64,000 nucleotides of DNA from Octopus vulgaris (Eukaryota): NCBI GenBank assembly GCA_951406725.2, contig OX597836.1:11594001-11658000 (forward strand), written 5' to 3'. Below, piece by piece: positions 27,215 through 42,358 of this stretch (positions within the stretch are counted from its first letter, which is position 1; each line of letters starts with the position of its first letter). Made by a program: the position numbers and the translations under genes. The notes beneath the pieces are model-generated. The model did not search any database and was not told the origin of the DNA. It saw nothing but the letters and a program-made list of their open reading frames with translations.

Positions 27215-27432
27215 TATTTCTTTATTACCCACAAGGGGCTAAACATAGAGGGGACAAACAAGGACAGACATAGGTATTAAGTCGATTACATCGACCCCAG
27301 TTCGTAACTGGTACTTAATTTATCGACCCCGAAAGGATGAAAGGCAAAGTCGACCTCGGCGGAATTTGAACTCACAACGTAACGCAGACGAAATACCGCT
27401 AAGCATTTCGCCCGGCGTGCTAACGTTTCTGC
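27215..27432 (-). mobile_element. SINE-C monomer
   Basis: 9-bp TSD cataatacc (27206-14 / 27433-41). Confidence 0.9.
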
Positions 27433-27930
27433 CATAATACCGAATAGCGATACCACAGGCTTCACAGAATCTTCACTCCGACTGCTATCACCTCCCCGTT
27501 TCGATCATTGCCCACCATTAAAATCTTTAACGCACCCCCAGCCGACACCGTCTACGTAGCTTCCTTGTTCATAATTCCAAATTCTCATCCCAACACCCAA
27601 CCCCAACACACTACCTTTTCTCTCTTGGATCTCTTCTCTGCCCCTGTCTCTACAACCCCTACCAAACTTTACCTCTTTTTCTCTTTTGAACACCAACCCC
27701 TTCACAGGACCCCTTCACAGCTTCCTCCAAATTAAAGATTTCTTTTTCTACTGTATCTTTACCAACATTATCTAACCGAAGAAAAGAAAAATGAACAAAG
27801 AGGTGGATCAAGAAGAAAAAAAAACGAAGGGTTACCTAGACTGGAACTTCGAAGTCACAAACCCCACCCATTGTAAAAATATAATCTATATGCGTGTGTG
27901 TATGTATGTATGTGCGTATTCGAGACATGT

Positions 27931-28239
27931 GGAGGCGCAATGGCCCAGTGGTTAGGGTAGCGGACTCGCGGTTGTAGGATCGCGGTTTCGATTCCCAGAC
28001 CGGGCGTTGTGAGTGTTTATTGAGCGAAAACACCTAAAGCTCCACGAGGCTCCCGCAGAGGGTGGTGGCGATCCCTGCTGTACTCTTTCGCCGCAACTTT
28101 CACTCACTCTTTCTTCTGTTGGCCTGCTCGCTTAGCCAGCGAGGTGGCGTCATTTGAAGGCTAAAACAATGCGAAGCGCATTGTGACCAGCGATGTGTAG
28201 CAACATCTGATAGCCTGGTCGGTCACGGTGATCACGGTG
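27931..28239 (+). mobile_element. SINE-A, tail type 2
   Basis: Same head; tail ggcctgctcgcttagccagc...tggtcggtcacggtga; 13-bp TSD attcgagacatgt. Confidence 0.9.
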
Positions 28240-28984
28240 ATTCGAGACATGTCTTCTTGGCGCATTAAATGTGTATAGTCTTCCGAATTTTTGGTACAAG
28301 GCCAGCAATTTTTAGAGTGGAAGACAAAGTCGTCCGCGGGTGACCTTGATCTCAGAACGACCGGACGGAAGAAATGCTGCTAAGCATTTTAACCGGCGTT
28401 TCTAACGACTCTGCCAGCACGCAACCTTTTTAATTATACTGTATTTTATTCTATTTCTTTTCTTTTTCATTCGTCAGTGAATCTGCGTGCTGACGTTGGT
28501 GGGGTGGCTACCCCTAATTGAAAGGAATACGTGGCGGATGGGTGGGATGGCACATCGTTAGCAACACAGTTATTTCCGTTTTTAGCAAACAATATAACAA
28601 CCGTATATAACCTTGAACTGGTTCTTTATAAAGGAGACTTGAATGAAGGGGGTAACTTTCAGACATCCCCCCTATGTGGTATTTTCTTTTATATTTGTTC
28701 ATTTCTTCCATTTACAAAATAAAATAGGCCCTACATTTTCTTTTCATCTACTTTTGAATCTCAATAATAACTTTCCTGGTGTCCATCTGCTCTAAAACTT
28801 AATATTCAGCAAAATTTTTAACAGTTAAATAGATTACTCGTTAAAAAAAACTGGTATCCCCATGTCTGTTTTGTTCGTTTTGCTGATGCGGTTGCTGTTG
28901 TTATTGTTGTTGTTGTTGTTGTTGTTGTTGGTACAGTTGCTTTTGCTGTGGTTGTTGTTGCTCCTGCAGCTATTGTCACTGTTT

Positions 28985-29038
<54 letters not shown>

Positions 29039-29086
29039 TTTATATATACATATATATATACATATATATATATATATACATATATT

Positions 29087-29148
<62 letters not shown>

Positions 29149-29239
29149 TATATACATATATATGTGTGTGTGTACGTATTTATGTACGTATATATATATA
29201 TATATATATCCGCACATACATATATAAATTTATACATAC

Positions 29240-29293
<54 letters not shown>

Positions 29294-29721
29294 ATACATG
29301 CAAACGTATGTATTTATGTATGTATGTCAGGGATCTTCTAACGCTAGCCTGCGGAGGAGTCTTCACATGAGACCTGCTAGAAATAGCAACGAAATCAAAC
29401 GTTAGCATTTTCAGATACGAGAGATAAACGTAAACTCCAACTCAGACATACACATACACACACACACACATATATATAGATATATACACTCACATGGACA
29501 TACACAAACGCACAAATACATACAGGTTTATATACACACAGATGCTAGCTACGAATGTTATTGTTGAAACCTGTAAAACTTTGCAAATGTTTAGCATTTA
29601 AGTACATAAGAATATTCACAAATATGTGTGTGTGTGTGTGTGTATGCTCAGAGAAACGGAAGGAGACAGATAAATGATAACAGGCGTAAACAAGGCATTT
29701 ATGTGAAGAGTTGCGTATACA

Positions 29722-29772
<51 letters not shown>

Positions 29773-29936
29773 CAAAATGGGACAAGAACGCAAAACATCC
29801 GGACAGCTAGGTGATACAAAAAGGGACAACAAAACATCCAGATAGACGATACAAAAAAAAAAAAACAAGGACGGGTCATTCGAAGCTTTCTTTCTTCATT
29901 CAAGCACCAGATTATCCTCGCAATTTCGGCTGATTA

Positions 29937-30200
29937 GGTGAGCTGCAAGATGCAGGAGGAAAGAGTGAGAGAAAGTTGTGGCGAAAGAGTCAGCAGAAGT
30001 TCGCCATTACCTTCTTCTGGAACCGCGTGGAGTTTAGGTGTTTCGCTCATAAACACACACATCGCCCGGTCTGAGATTCGGTCTGAGATTCGCCCGGTCT
30101 GAGATTCGCCCGGTCTGAGATTCGCCCGGTCTGAGATTCGAACCCGCGATCCCTCGACCGCGAGTCCGCTACTCCAACCACTAGGCCATGTGCCACCACA
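29937..30200 (-). mobile_element. SINE-A-related subfamily, 3'-truncated, with an internal 16-bp tandem repeat
   Basis: Head gtggtggcacatggcctagtggttggagtagcggactcgcgg; cgcccggtctgagatt repeated at 30063-30138. Confidence 0.8.
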
Positions 30201-30238
30201 ACGATGATATTTTTCTATTACTATCTATTTAACTAAAA

Positions 30239-30555
30239 CTCTTTTACTTTACGCCCTTTTTCAAGCCTAGCCAGGCTCATGGGCCCGGTTTCCCGGTTTC
30301 TGTGGGGTATATGTTCCCCCCAGGTGGACGGGACGCCAGTCCATCGCAGCGTTACCCAAGAAACAGGAAGAAAGAGTGAGAGAAAGTTGGGGCGAAAGAG
30401 TACAACAGGGGTCGCCACCACACCACTGCCGGAGCCTTGTGGAGCTTTTAGGTGTTTTCGCTCAATAAACACACACAACGCCCTGTCTGGGGATCGAAAC
30501 CGCGATCCTCCGACCGCGAGTCCGCTGCCCTAATCACTGGGCCATTGCGCCTCCA
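30239..30555 (-). mobile_element. SINE-A, tail type 3
   Basis: Same head; tail ggtaacgctgcgatggactggcgtccc...gtaaaagag; 14-bp TSD ctatttaWctaaaa. Confidence 0.88.
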
Positions 30556-30610
30556 CTATTTATCTAAAAGCGAGAGAGTAAAATTCAGTTGGAGAACAAC
30601 GAACGACTGT

Positions 30611-30995
30611 TGGAAGCACTCCGTCGATTTCGACGACGAGGGTTCCGGTTGATCCGAATCAACGGAACAGCCTGCTCGTGAAATTAACGTGTAAATGGCT
30701 GAGCACTCAACAGACACGTGTACCCTTAACGTAGTTCTCGGGGATATTCAGCGTGACACAGAGAGTGACAAGGCCAGCCCTTTGAAATACAGGTACAACA
30801 GAAACAGGAAGTAAGAGTGAGAGAAAGTTGTGGTGAAAGAGTACAGCAGGGATCACCACCATCCCCGCCGGAGCCTCGTGGAGCTTTAGGTGTTTTTGCT
30901 CAATAAACACTCACAACGCCCGGTCTGGGAATCGAAACCGCGATCCTACGACCGCGAATCCGCTGCTCTAACCACTGGGCCATTGCGCCTCCACG
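30611..30995 (-). mobile_element. SINE-A, tail type 1
   Basis: Full length; 12-bp TSD acgaacgactgt (30599-610 / 30996-31007). Confidence 0.92.
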
Positions 30996-31360
30996 ACGAA
31001 CGACTGTATTTGAAGAGAATAAACAGAAAGGAATTTGATTTATAAACAAATTGATCCATCGGAAACTAAAAACCAAACATCCTCAAGATTAATGGATTAT
31101 AAATATTTTATAAATTACAAAACGGGGGAAATATTTCTCAATTCAAAAGATGTCGGTTTAGAGAAAGCTTAACCTTTTAGCATTCGGCTTATTCTGTCAA
31201 ATGTAATGCTTATTTATTGAAATTCTTCAGAGTTAATTATGTATTATTTTATATAACTTCAAGATTTCAATGATAGGATCGTTTGTTTTTTTAGTATAAC
31301 ATTGTACGGTAAGTGTGAAAGGTTGGATATGGCTGATTTAAGCCTTTAATATTCAGATTA

Positions 31361-31522
31361 CCGTATTTTAATGTGTATAAGGAACCCTTTTTTTGTCAAA
31401 TATTAGGTTTTAAAATTTGGGAGTTTCTTTTACATGGATAGCCTTTTAATCCCTTACAAAACCTTTCTTCCAAATTTTAAACCTTAAAAATTAGGGGTTT
31501 CCTTATACATATTAAAATAGGG
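31361..31522. mobile_element. Tc1/mariner (pogo-like) MITE
   Basis: TIRs CCGTATTTTAATGTGTATAAGGAA / TTCCTTATACATATTAAAATAGGG, TA on both sides (31359-60, 31523-24), additional internal inverted segments. Confidence 0.8.
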
Positions 31523-31696
31523 TACATCATTAAAAGTAATGCTTATTTATAGAAATTGTTCTGAGTTAATTACACATTATCTTATAACTTCAAGATTTCA
31601 GTGAAATGATTGTTTGTTTTTTTAGAATAACATTGTAGGGTAAGTGTGAAAGGTTAGATCTGACTGATTTGAACATAAAACAGGTATAATATTTGG

Positions 31697-32141
31697 AAAG
31701 CGGCGAGCTGGCAGAACCGTCAGCACGCTGGGCGAAATGCTTAGCAGTATTTCGCCTGTCGTTACGTTCTGAGTTCAAATTCCGCCGAGGTCGACTTTGC
31801 CTTTCATCCTTTCAGCGTCGATAAATTTAGTACCAGTTACGCACTAGGGTCGATGTAATCGACTTAATCCGTTTGTCTGTCCTTGTTTGTTCCCTCTATG
31901 TTTAGCCCTTTGTGGGCAATAAAGAAATAAGAAACGTTAGCACGCCGGGTGAAATGCGTAGCCGTATTTCGTCTGTCTTTACGTTCTGAGTTCAAATTCC
32001 GCCGAGGTCGACTTTGCCTTTCATCCTTTCGGGGCTGATAAATTAAGTACCAGTTACGTACTGGGGTCGATGTAATGGACTTAATCCGTTTGTCTGTCCT
32101 TGTTTGTCCCCTCTGTGTTTAGCCCCTTGTGGGTAATAAAG
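31697..32141 (+). mobile_element. SINE-C dimer
   Basis: Single 19-bp TSD aaacaggtataatatttgg (31678-96 / 32142-60) around two units. Confidence 0.92.
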
Positions 32142-32881
32142 AAACAGGTATAATATTTGGGCCAGACACGGATGATTTAACCGTTTAACATTCAGATTAC
32201 TTCGTCAGACGTAAATCATATTTATTCACATTGCTTTGAGTTAACCATACATTAAATTCATCGATGGAGAAGCCAGTGACACGATAGAGAAGCCGGTAAC
32301 ACGATAGAGAAACCGGTGACACAATTTATCTTTGATACTTGTAGTAACTGTATCCTGCAGTTTTTGACTGACATAATTTTGTAGTAATAATATCTCAGTG
32401 AATGAGAAGAAATATACACTTTAAATGAAACTAACTTGTAATAACAAACAGCATTACAGTAGATTCAGAAAATCTGCCTGGTTAGAAATAGGTTTTAGAA
32501 AAGTCTGGTGTGTGGTATCTAGGCCGCTTGCTTGTGGATGTGGAGGGTGCTTGCGTACTGATGATTAAAGGAAAGTAAAGAATTGTAAAAACTGCATGGG
32601 AGTCCATGTAATTAGAAGTGAATCTAGAGAAAGGATGTGAGTGCGAGAAACAACCTAGCACTTACAGACAAGCACACACGCACATGCATACGCTCAAACA
32701 CACACACAAACACATGTGCACACGCAATGTGCAAGAGCTTGTGTGACAATGAGTACATCTGTTAAAACAGTTCAATGTTCTTTCCTTAATAGCTAATGCT
32801 TCGAAATTTTGTGCTTGAAGGTCACTATTACGGCATAGTCAAAGGCAGTGAGCGGGGCGTCGTACAAATGTGCTTATTATT

Positions 32882-32928
<47 letters not shown>

Positions 32929-32930
32929 CA

Positions 32931-33016
<86 letters not shown>

Positions 33017-33226
33017 GAGTGAGAGAGCAGTGCATGCTATCAAATTGACACTGGGGTAGAATATAGGAGGCCCAGTATACCCATCATGACTACCTGTCTG
33101 ATAAGGGTACACCAGGCAATGCATCACAACCATATGTATGCGACATGGTGATCTCATATCAAGATAAACAGCACATGACCTTGCAGGAGGGGCCCAGTTA
33201 GAATTTTCTTCGGGTTGAGTAGCCCA
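33017..33226 (-). mobile_element. Family E, 5'-truncated copy in (ATT)n
   Basis: Reverse complement of ~13440-13651, embedded in (ATT)n. Confidence 0.78.
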
Positions 33227-33227
33227 A

Positions 33228-33319
<92 letters not shown>

Positions 33320-33799
33320 TCATTATTATTATTATTATTATTAGTATTAGTATTAGTATTATTATTATTATCGTCATTATTATTATTAAGGTGGCGAGCT
33401 GGCAGAATCGTTAGCACGCTGGGCAAAGTGCTTAGCGGAATTTCATCCGTCTTTACGTTCTGAGTTCAAATCCAGTCAAGGTTAACTTACCCTTTGATCC
33501 TGTTGGGGATGATGAAAAATGCAGAAATAAAAATAAATGAATAGATAAATAAAGCAAAGAAGATTTCAGTTCATAATTTCGTATGATGTGACTGCATCAT
33601 AAAAATTACTTAACCGTTGTTCCTTAGGCAAGTTTTTTCTCTTCTTTTTTTTTGCTAATGTTTTGTTAGGCGGTCCATTGTATCAGTCATCGTCAGAATT
33701 CAGTGGCAAACTGCAACGCTGACCCTGGACTTCTAAAAGACCCGAAACATCAACAGTTACTGCTGATAATGGATTGATAGAACTCTTGTGTGTGTGTGT

Positions 33800-33874
<75 letters not shown>

Positions 33875-33904
33875 GGGGGTGTATGGGTGTGAGCGAAAGA
33901 GGAA

Positions 33905-34140
33905 GGCGGCAAGCTGGCAGAAACGTTAGCACGCCGGGCGAAATGCTTAGCGGTGTTTCGTCTGCCGTTACGTTCTGAGTTCAAATTCCGCCGAGGTCGA
34001 CTTTGCCTTTTATCCGTTCGGAGTTGATTAAATAAGTACCAGATGCGCACTAGGGTCTATATAATCGACTTAATCCATTTGTCTGTCCATGTTTGTCCCC
34101 CTCTGTGTTTAGCCCCTTGTGGGTAGTAAAGAAATAAGTA
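33905..34140 (+). mobile_element. SINE-C monomer
   Basis: Full-length homology. Confidence 0.88.
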
Positions 34141-35257
34141 AGAAAAAGATGTGTGTATGTGTGTGTAAGAGAGAGAGAGAAAGAAAGATGTGTGTGTGTG
34201 TGTGTGTGTGTAGACAGGATTTGCTGCATATTACAAGGCATGACATATTTGTCTTCACAGCACAGATATGGTCTGTTATCTCTCTCTCTCACTTCAACTC
34301 TTTCAACACACAAATGCTCAAACACATACAAAATATTATGTTTGAATATATATATGTATCTATATATGCATGTCTGTATACATGTATGTATTTATATATA
34401 CATATGTGCGTGTGTGCGTGTGTATACATATGTATATAAATATGTATATATATGTATGTGTGTGTGTATACGAATGTATGCTGTGTCTGTATGATTGTGT
34501 GTGTGTATGTGTACTAATTTATAAATTCATCTATTTTAAAAAGTAATTAATTAAACGAGAAAAATGTACAACATTACATGTAAATATTTCTATACGTATA
34601 AGTAGCTAATTAAAACAAGAAGGAGGGAATTAGTGTATATGTGTATATATATACATATATATATATATGTATGTATGTATATATATCTATATGGAGTGGG
34701 GAGAAACAACGGAGAGAATATCTATACATATACGCATGTATGCATGTATATATTTGTTTTATGTTGTGTGCGTAATTAGCGTTAACGAAAAGAGATTCCT
34801 CTCTCTCTCTCTTTCTGCCTATAGACATATTTTGAGTAAAAGAAGCAAGAATTTTTCATAAACAATAAAAATAATTACTAATGTTTATAATTGGATGCTA
34901 TTGAATAATGTAATTCTTCGATGGAAATACGAACGGTTTTGCTCATTAGCTGCCGGTTGTTTTTCCATAATTGGAGATTTTCAACTTTTTGGATAAAATT
35001 CCAGAAACACGTTTAAGCAAAATTCAAAATCTTATTATTATTATTATTAATCTTTTTTTGTGTTTTCCTATCTTAATTAATTAATTATACTTACATATAC
35101 ACACACGCACAACTCATACAAATAATATATATATATATACAATGTATGCATTTTGGCAGTATATATATGCATATATATATATAATATAATATGTATATAT
35201 AGAATGGGATATACATGTATATGTTTATATACGTACTTATGTATATATATACATATG

Positions 35258-35292
<35 letters not shown>

Positions 35293-36322
35293 GGTATATC
35301 ATATATGTGTATATATGTACGTTTATGTATATATCTATATCTATATTTATATATATATATGTATTCATATAATCTATATACATATGTATGCAGATAATAT
35401 ATATGCGTATATATATGTGTATGTATATGTATATATATATATCTATATATTTATATAATATATATACATATGTATACATATAATATATATATATATATAT
35501 ACGTATATATGTGGGTGTTTATGTATATATATATATATATGTATGTTATGTATATATAAATATATATATAGAGAGACTAATGCATATATATATATATAGT
35601 GAGAGAGAGAGAGAGAGAAATCCATAGACAGATTGATGCATGTCAGTGTAAGTGCATATGTGTTTATACCTGCGTGTGTTTGTGTGCGTGTGTGTGTGTG
35701 TGTGTACACATTCATGCGATTATATATACCTGTTGAAAAGTTCGATCTCGTGATTAGGAACTTCGTCTTGTAAATGGCGATCATATGGTGTCAGGTTCAG
35801 TGCTGGAATGTGACATATTAGGAAAGGTCAATGACTTATCAAAAGTGAATTTGTTTGACGGAAACTGAGCGGAATCTCTTCATACATGCATTAATATATT
35901 TATGTAGACTTATGTACGTCCTCTTGTTTCCTATCCCTTGGCCGTGTACTCTTTGGCGCATATATACCCACTTCATTTATTCCAAAATGTTCTTCAAAAG
36001 GTTCTACACCAATCTTCATAACGTGACGTTACGATCAGATATAAACAACAAATGTGAGAACTATGTCAATCACCTTCCAGACCTTGAACAAACTACAGCC
36101 TAAAGCATTTAGGGTGTCGTCAGCAAAAGTCGTTAGAGATAGTAGATCAAATGTAAAGCATGAAAAGGACCAGAAACTCACACCAAGTCCTAAACAGCGA
36201 ACTCAGCACTGGCATGCGGTCACGTGGCCACCACATCCAACACTGCAAGGACAAACTGAATCGCAGAATGAACGTACGATCATACAGCATAAATACTAGG
36301 AGTAACATTCATGAATCTCTGA

Positions 36323-36371
<49 letters not shown>

Positions 36372-36679
36372 TGTATGTGTGTGTACGTATAAATATGTGA
36401 ATGTATGCACTTTGCATCTTGTATATGTGTATATATTAATACACATACGTACGCATATATATATAGAAACATGTACACAAACACACACACACACTTTTTC
36501 TCTGATATATTCTTTTAAAGTTCGGTTTTTGTATTTTTAATAATTCTCTCATAATACACGGACACATGTGTGCGTGCGTATATATGTGCGTGTATGTATG
36601 TATGTGTGTATGTGAGTGTGCCCGTGTGTATGTGTTCACATTATTCGTACAGCATATAAACAGTTTATAGTATAGTAAA

Positions 36680-37346
<667 letters not shown>

Positions 37347-37835
37347 CACACACACACACATATTTTAAACTCATATATAGATATATATAACTCATATATA
37401 GAAGCAGATGAATATTCATACTCACGAACACACCTACTCACACAAATCTACGCATAAGTAATGTTTGGTGTATCATTTGTGTATGCCCATGCGTATGCCC
37501 ATGCGTATGCAATATTTGTCTATTAGCAAACCGAACCAAACCAAACATCTGTGTAGCCGCTGGAAAATGCATATAATTCGCAGTGATATTGTAACATTCA
37601 ATAGATAACAGAGAAATACTATGACGTAAATACAATATATTCTCTGTAGCTAGCTTGCTGTTCGCCGTTGTTGATCTGAGCTGTTACTTGAAAATTTTGC
37701 CGTGTTGGCTGAAAACATTACTATTAGCGCATGCGCGACCCATCATCTCTCTTCGAACGCAGCGATGAAGCTGGAAGGCTTTTAAAAACGTTCTATCAAT
37801 TTCCACTGGATCGGGGATTTTTAGTGATATATATG

Positions 37836-37885
<50 letters not shown>

Positions 37886-37930
37886 TATATATATATATAC
37901 ATATAATATGAATGTAGAATATGTGTTATA

Positions 37931-37974
<44 letters not shown>

Positions 37975-38175
37975 CTTTGTGCCTGTGTCAATCTCCCCAT
38001 CTGACCAACCGGTGTTAGTCTGTTTACGCCCCCGTAATTTAGCAGTTGGCAAAAGAATATGTAATAGGATTTAAAAAGCAAGTCCCACAGTCCATTTGTT
38101 CGAGTAAAACCGTTCAATGCGGTGCTCCAGCATAGCCGTAGCCAACCAACTGAAACGAGCTAAAGAATAAAAGAC

Positions 38176-38238
<63 letters not shown>

Positions 38239-38241
<3 letters not shown>

Positions 38242-38630
38242 TTATATATAAAAGTGAAGTTGTGTGTCTGTCTCCTACGATTTAGATTCCTAACTACTCT
38301 CACATTTTGCGGTGCAGTGTAACCAAAAGCGGGTATCTTATAGTCGGGATTCATATCGAGCCCTTCTGGGTATTAGCGCGCGTCTACGATGAGTCTACAA
38401 TTTAAAAAAAAATTTACCATCATTTTTTTCCATTTTAATGCATTTTTTTTGCTATTATTTAAGGGAAGTAACTCTCTAAAAATGTATTATTAAATCTCAG
38501 CACGTAAAAGCTACAGTAACACCCCTTTGTGGTTAGCCATATTGAGATGGCTATTATACTTTACATCTCTAAAAATGCTTATATAGTTAATTCCCTTACA
38601 AACTCGAGCAACGCCGGGCGATACTGCTAG
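38239..38630 (+). mobile_element. Non-autonomous Helitron family H1
   Basis: Same termini and hairpin as 19855-20252; inserted at the end of a (TA)n tract. Confidence 0.88.
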
Positions 38631-39485
38631 TATTATATAAAATCTGTTCTGTCTGTCTCTGTGTGTGTGTGTGTCTTCTAGGATCTCGGGCATCCTCCAT
38701 TCGATTGCGCTCAAATTTGATATGTAGATACCGACAGTATCAGGGCGTGTATAATTCTTGAAAAAATTACAAAAATCGATTCCAGGTGAGAATGCGATCG
38801 ATAAAGCCGCGGGAACGTGCATTTGTACGCGCAAGTACATCAGCTTTCGCGATCGATACTACGCGTACGCGAGAAAAATGCACGTGCAGTTTTCACCCAT
38901 GCCCTTGAACATCCCGTTAAGTAAGTTAACTTAAAATTAGTTACTTAGTTCCCTAGGTTGTTGATTTTCATCAAAACTAGCCCCAAGTTGATTTCCTACG
39001 TGTTTTATCGGATAAACTTATTATTGTCCCAGGTACGTTCTCATAAATTCATCATGCTTTTCCATCTAGATTTACCTCCAGCTAACCCATTAGCATGCAT
39101 CGTTTTTGTCCTGCTTTTCCTCCGTCAAACTGTACATAACTGCACCTTCCATATTTTGTTGTTTTTGTACTGCTTAAAGGCACGTTTCTTTCCTGCCAAG
39201 CTTACTATTTAAGCCATGTTTGTGTTCTCCCAGTCAACAGCCTTTATCATTATTGGTACTTTAAACTCTTCGGTTGCATATTTGTGTGAATAAAATCGTT
39301 TTTCTTTGGAATAGAAAAAAGTCTATCGTTATTTCTTCTTTTGCTGGTGTCTCAAATTTAGTTTAAATCAGTGTTTCTCAAAGGGGAGGCCTATGGGACG
39401 GTCGGAGAAGTTGTTTTGAGAAAATTTGGTTTAAATGTTTGACAACTCAGCACCGTCCATTGGACGGGGGGGGGTGCTTTCGCTC

Positions 39486-39486
<1 letters not shown>
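38631..39486 (+). mobile_element. Non-autonomous Helitron family H2, long form
   Basis: 5' TATTATATAAAATCTG, 3' palindrome CCGTCCA-T-TGGACGG 39453-67, ends CTCG|T; both ends homologous to 47737-48127. Confidence 0.75.
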
Positions 39487-39519
<33 letters not shown>

Positions 39520-39927
39520 CGGCCTTCTCTCCGTTGCCATCTACCAAATCGACTCACACGGATTTGGTTGGACCGAGGTTATAGTATAAGGCACTTTCCC
39601 AAGGTGCCATGCAGCGGGTTTGAACTGGAACCATGTGGTCGGGAAGCAATATTCTTACCACACAGCCACGCTTGCACCCATTAGTCTAATCTCGAAACTG
39701 TGTGAGAATGCAGTCTTTAGGTAACAGAAACCGTTGTCTCTTCATCAACATGGCGATCGAACTGACGTCACCAACAGTTTAAATAACTACGCACTTAACC
39801 CAGCGTTAAGTCACATGCTTTATATCATATGCTTTTACTATCTCTGTACAGATGTCCTTGTTTTGATTGTTATGTGAATATAGATACGCACAAATCCCAA
39901 CACATACGTGCCTGTCCTTACATGCAA

Positions 39928-39965
<38 letters not shown>

Positions 39966-39966
39966 G

Positions 39967-40021
<55 letters not shown>

Positions 40022-40042
40022 GTCTGTCTATCTATCTATCTG

Positions 40043-40096
<54 letters not shown>

Positions 40097-40105
40097 AATC
40101 TATCA

Positions 40106-40194
<89 letters not shown>

Positions 40195-40401
40195 TGTGTG
40201 TGTATGCCTGTCCATCAATATATCTATTTATCTATCTTCCTTCCTTTATTTATTTCCTACTTTCCTTTTTATCTGTCTATTTAATTATGTGTCTATCTTC
40301 CTATTTATCGGTCTGTCTGTGTGGGTATGTACGTATATATCTCTCAATGCATATGTTTCTAAGTATATACTTCTGTGTATGCATGTGTGTGTGCATGTGT
40401 G

Positions 40402-40472
<71 letters not shown>

Positions 40473-40497
40473 GTATATATATATGTATGTGTGCATG

Positions 40498-40532
<35 letters not shown>

Positions 40533-40565
40533 ATATATATGTATATATATATATTTTTATATTTA

Positions 40566-40628
<63 letters not shown>

Positions 40629-42233
40629 GCTTGTAAATGAAGTTATTTTGCTTATTCCGAAAGAGAGTGAGTTGAGCAGAGGTAAATTACACACAAATAT
40701 GCGAGATAACGTACCTGATAAGTAATCTAGTTGTCCAACATTTTCACGCCGCACCCCTCATGTTATCACACTGCTCTCTATTTACTTCACTCTCTGTCTC
40801 TCTCTTTCCCCTGCCCTCTCTTACTTGCTCTCTCTCTGTCTTTTCTTCGCCTCTCGCTTATTCCATCCTCTCACATTAGTCACTGAATGAATACAGCTTC
40901 CATACATTAATGCAATATTTATCCATTCATCCCACGCACTGGTTGGGTTAAAATCTATGGGGTGGCCACTTCCTGTTGAAAGACGTATACGTGATGCCTT
41001 TCGCAAACCAAGTGCTGCAGAGATCGAGCGAGTGAAAGGAAGAGAGATAGAGAGATAGAGAGAGACAGAGAGACAGACAGAGAGAGACAGAGAGTGAGAG
41101 AGATGGAGAGAGAAATAAAGAGAGAAAGAGAGATTTATAAGGGACGATGAGCGATGGCTAGAAAAAAATTGAGCTTTATTTGATAACCAGTTGATTTAGT
41201 TAGCGCGGCCTCATATCAGTGAGGGGGACCGGTGCGCATTGATGCCGTCGTGAGGTAGGCCCCGAAACGGCGCGCATTCTTTCCTGATGACCCCATACAC
41301 TTGCTGGCTTCTGGTATGCGGAGGTTTTGACTGGTAACACTTGCATGTGCAAGTTGTTTGCAGAACATCATACACGTGTGTGTGTATGTGTGCATGTGTG
41401 TGTGTGTGTGTGTGTGTTTGTGTGTTCGTGTGTGTATGTGTTTGTGTGTGTGTGTAAGCGCAAACCAAAACGAGCAAAGAGAAATAAGCCAGGGTGTCCC
41501 GTGGCATTCTGAAATACAGATATATCAAATAACATTCAAATAAGCTGGTGGCGTGTCTGTCGTAGTCCGAGAAAGACGGTTCTGCAATTTCTTGCTCAAC
41601 AACCTGCGTGAATTATTCGTTCAATAGTGACCAAATGCAGAAACTCATTCTCTCCACAAAATCAACGTTGCCTGAACAGCACCACGGTGTATCACATAGG
41701 GGCAGCGCAACGTAGAATGAAATGTTTCGCGCCGGAACGGGAATCGAACACACGATCTCGCGATCGTGAATGCGACATCCTAACTACTATGCCATGCGCC
41801 TTCACCACATAGAAATGCCGGTGTATCAAATACCAAGCAACATAAATTCTTGATTTATTATCATGTCCGTCTCTAGAGGAAGTGTGATTATTGCAAAAAC
41901 GTTAATGAAGACACTCCCCACTTGAGAAAGGGAGATAATCTCGGGATTCAGAATTTCAAAATGGTTGACATGACATCACCGGAAAGGACAAAATCATTAT
42001 TGGGAGATAATAGGGCAGCTGTCCGACCTTATTTGCAGAGGTTAAGGGACTTGGACTTACGAATATAAGTAGAACACATTTATGGCTATGCAATTAGCAC
42101 TAAACATAAATAGAAACAACTAAATGATCCATGGCATGTATTTGAACAGAGCATATGTGTCTATATATATATATATGTGTGTGCGTGTGTACATATACAC
42201 ATGCACACATGTACAAACACACGCATACACACG

Positions 42234-42267
<34 letters not shown>

Positions 42268-42303
42268 CAACGGATTTACCTTCACTGTATCCTACATCAT
42301 CCA

Positions 42304-42358
<55 letters not shown>

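Larger units (their letters stand above)
31169..32255 (+). repeat. Degenerate tandem of a ~170-200 bp element starting TTAACC(C)TTTAGCATTC (piggyBac-like end), host of nested insertions
   Basis: Three diverged units starting at ~31169, ~31338 and ~32177 that share gtaatgcttatttat...gagttaa. Confidence 0.5.

Noticed and set aside
41251-41258. let-7 seed TGAGGTAG
   Set aside because: The rest of mature let-7 and its hairpin are absent
41260-41295. GAAAC...CTGATGA as a type II hammerhead
   Set aside because: Both would-be stem II strands are CCCC and stems I/III do not pair
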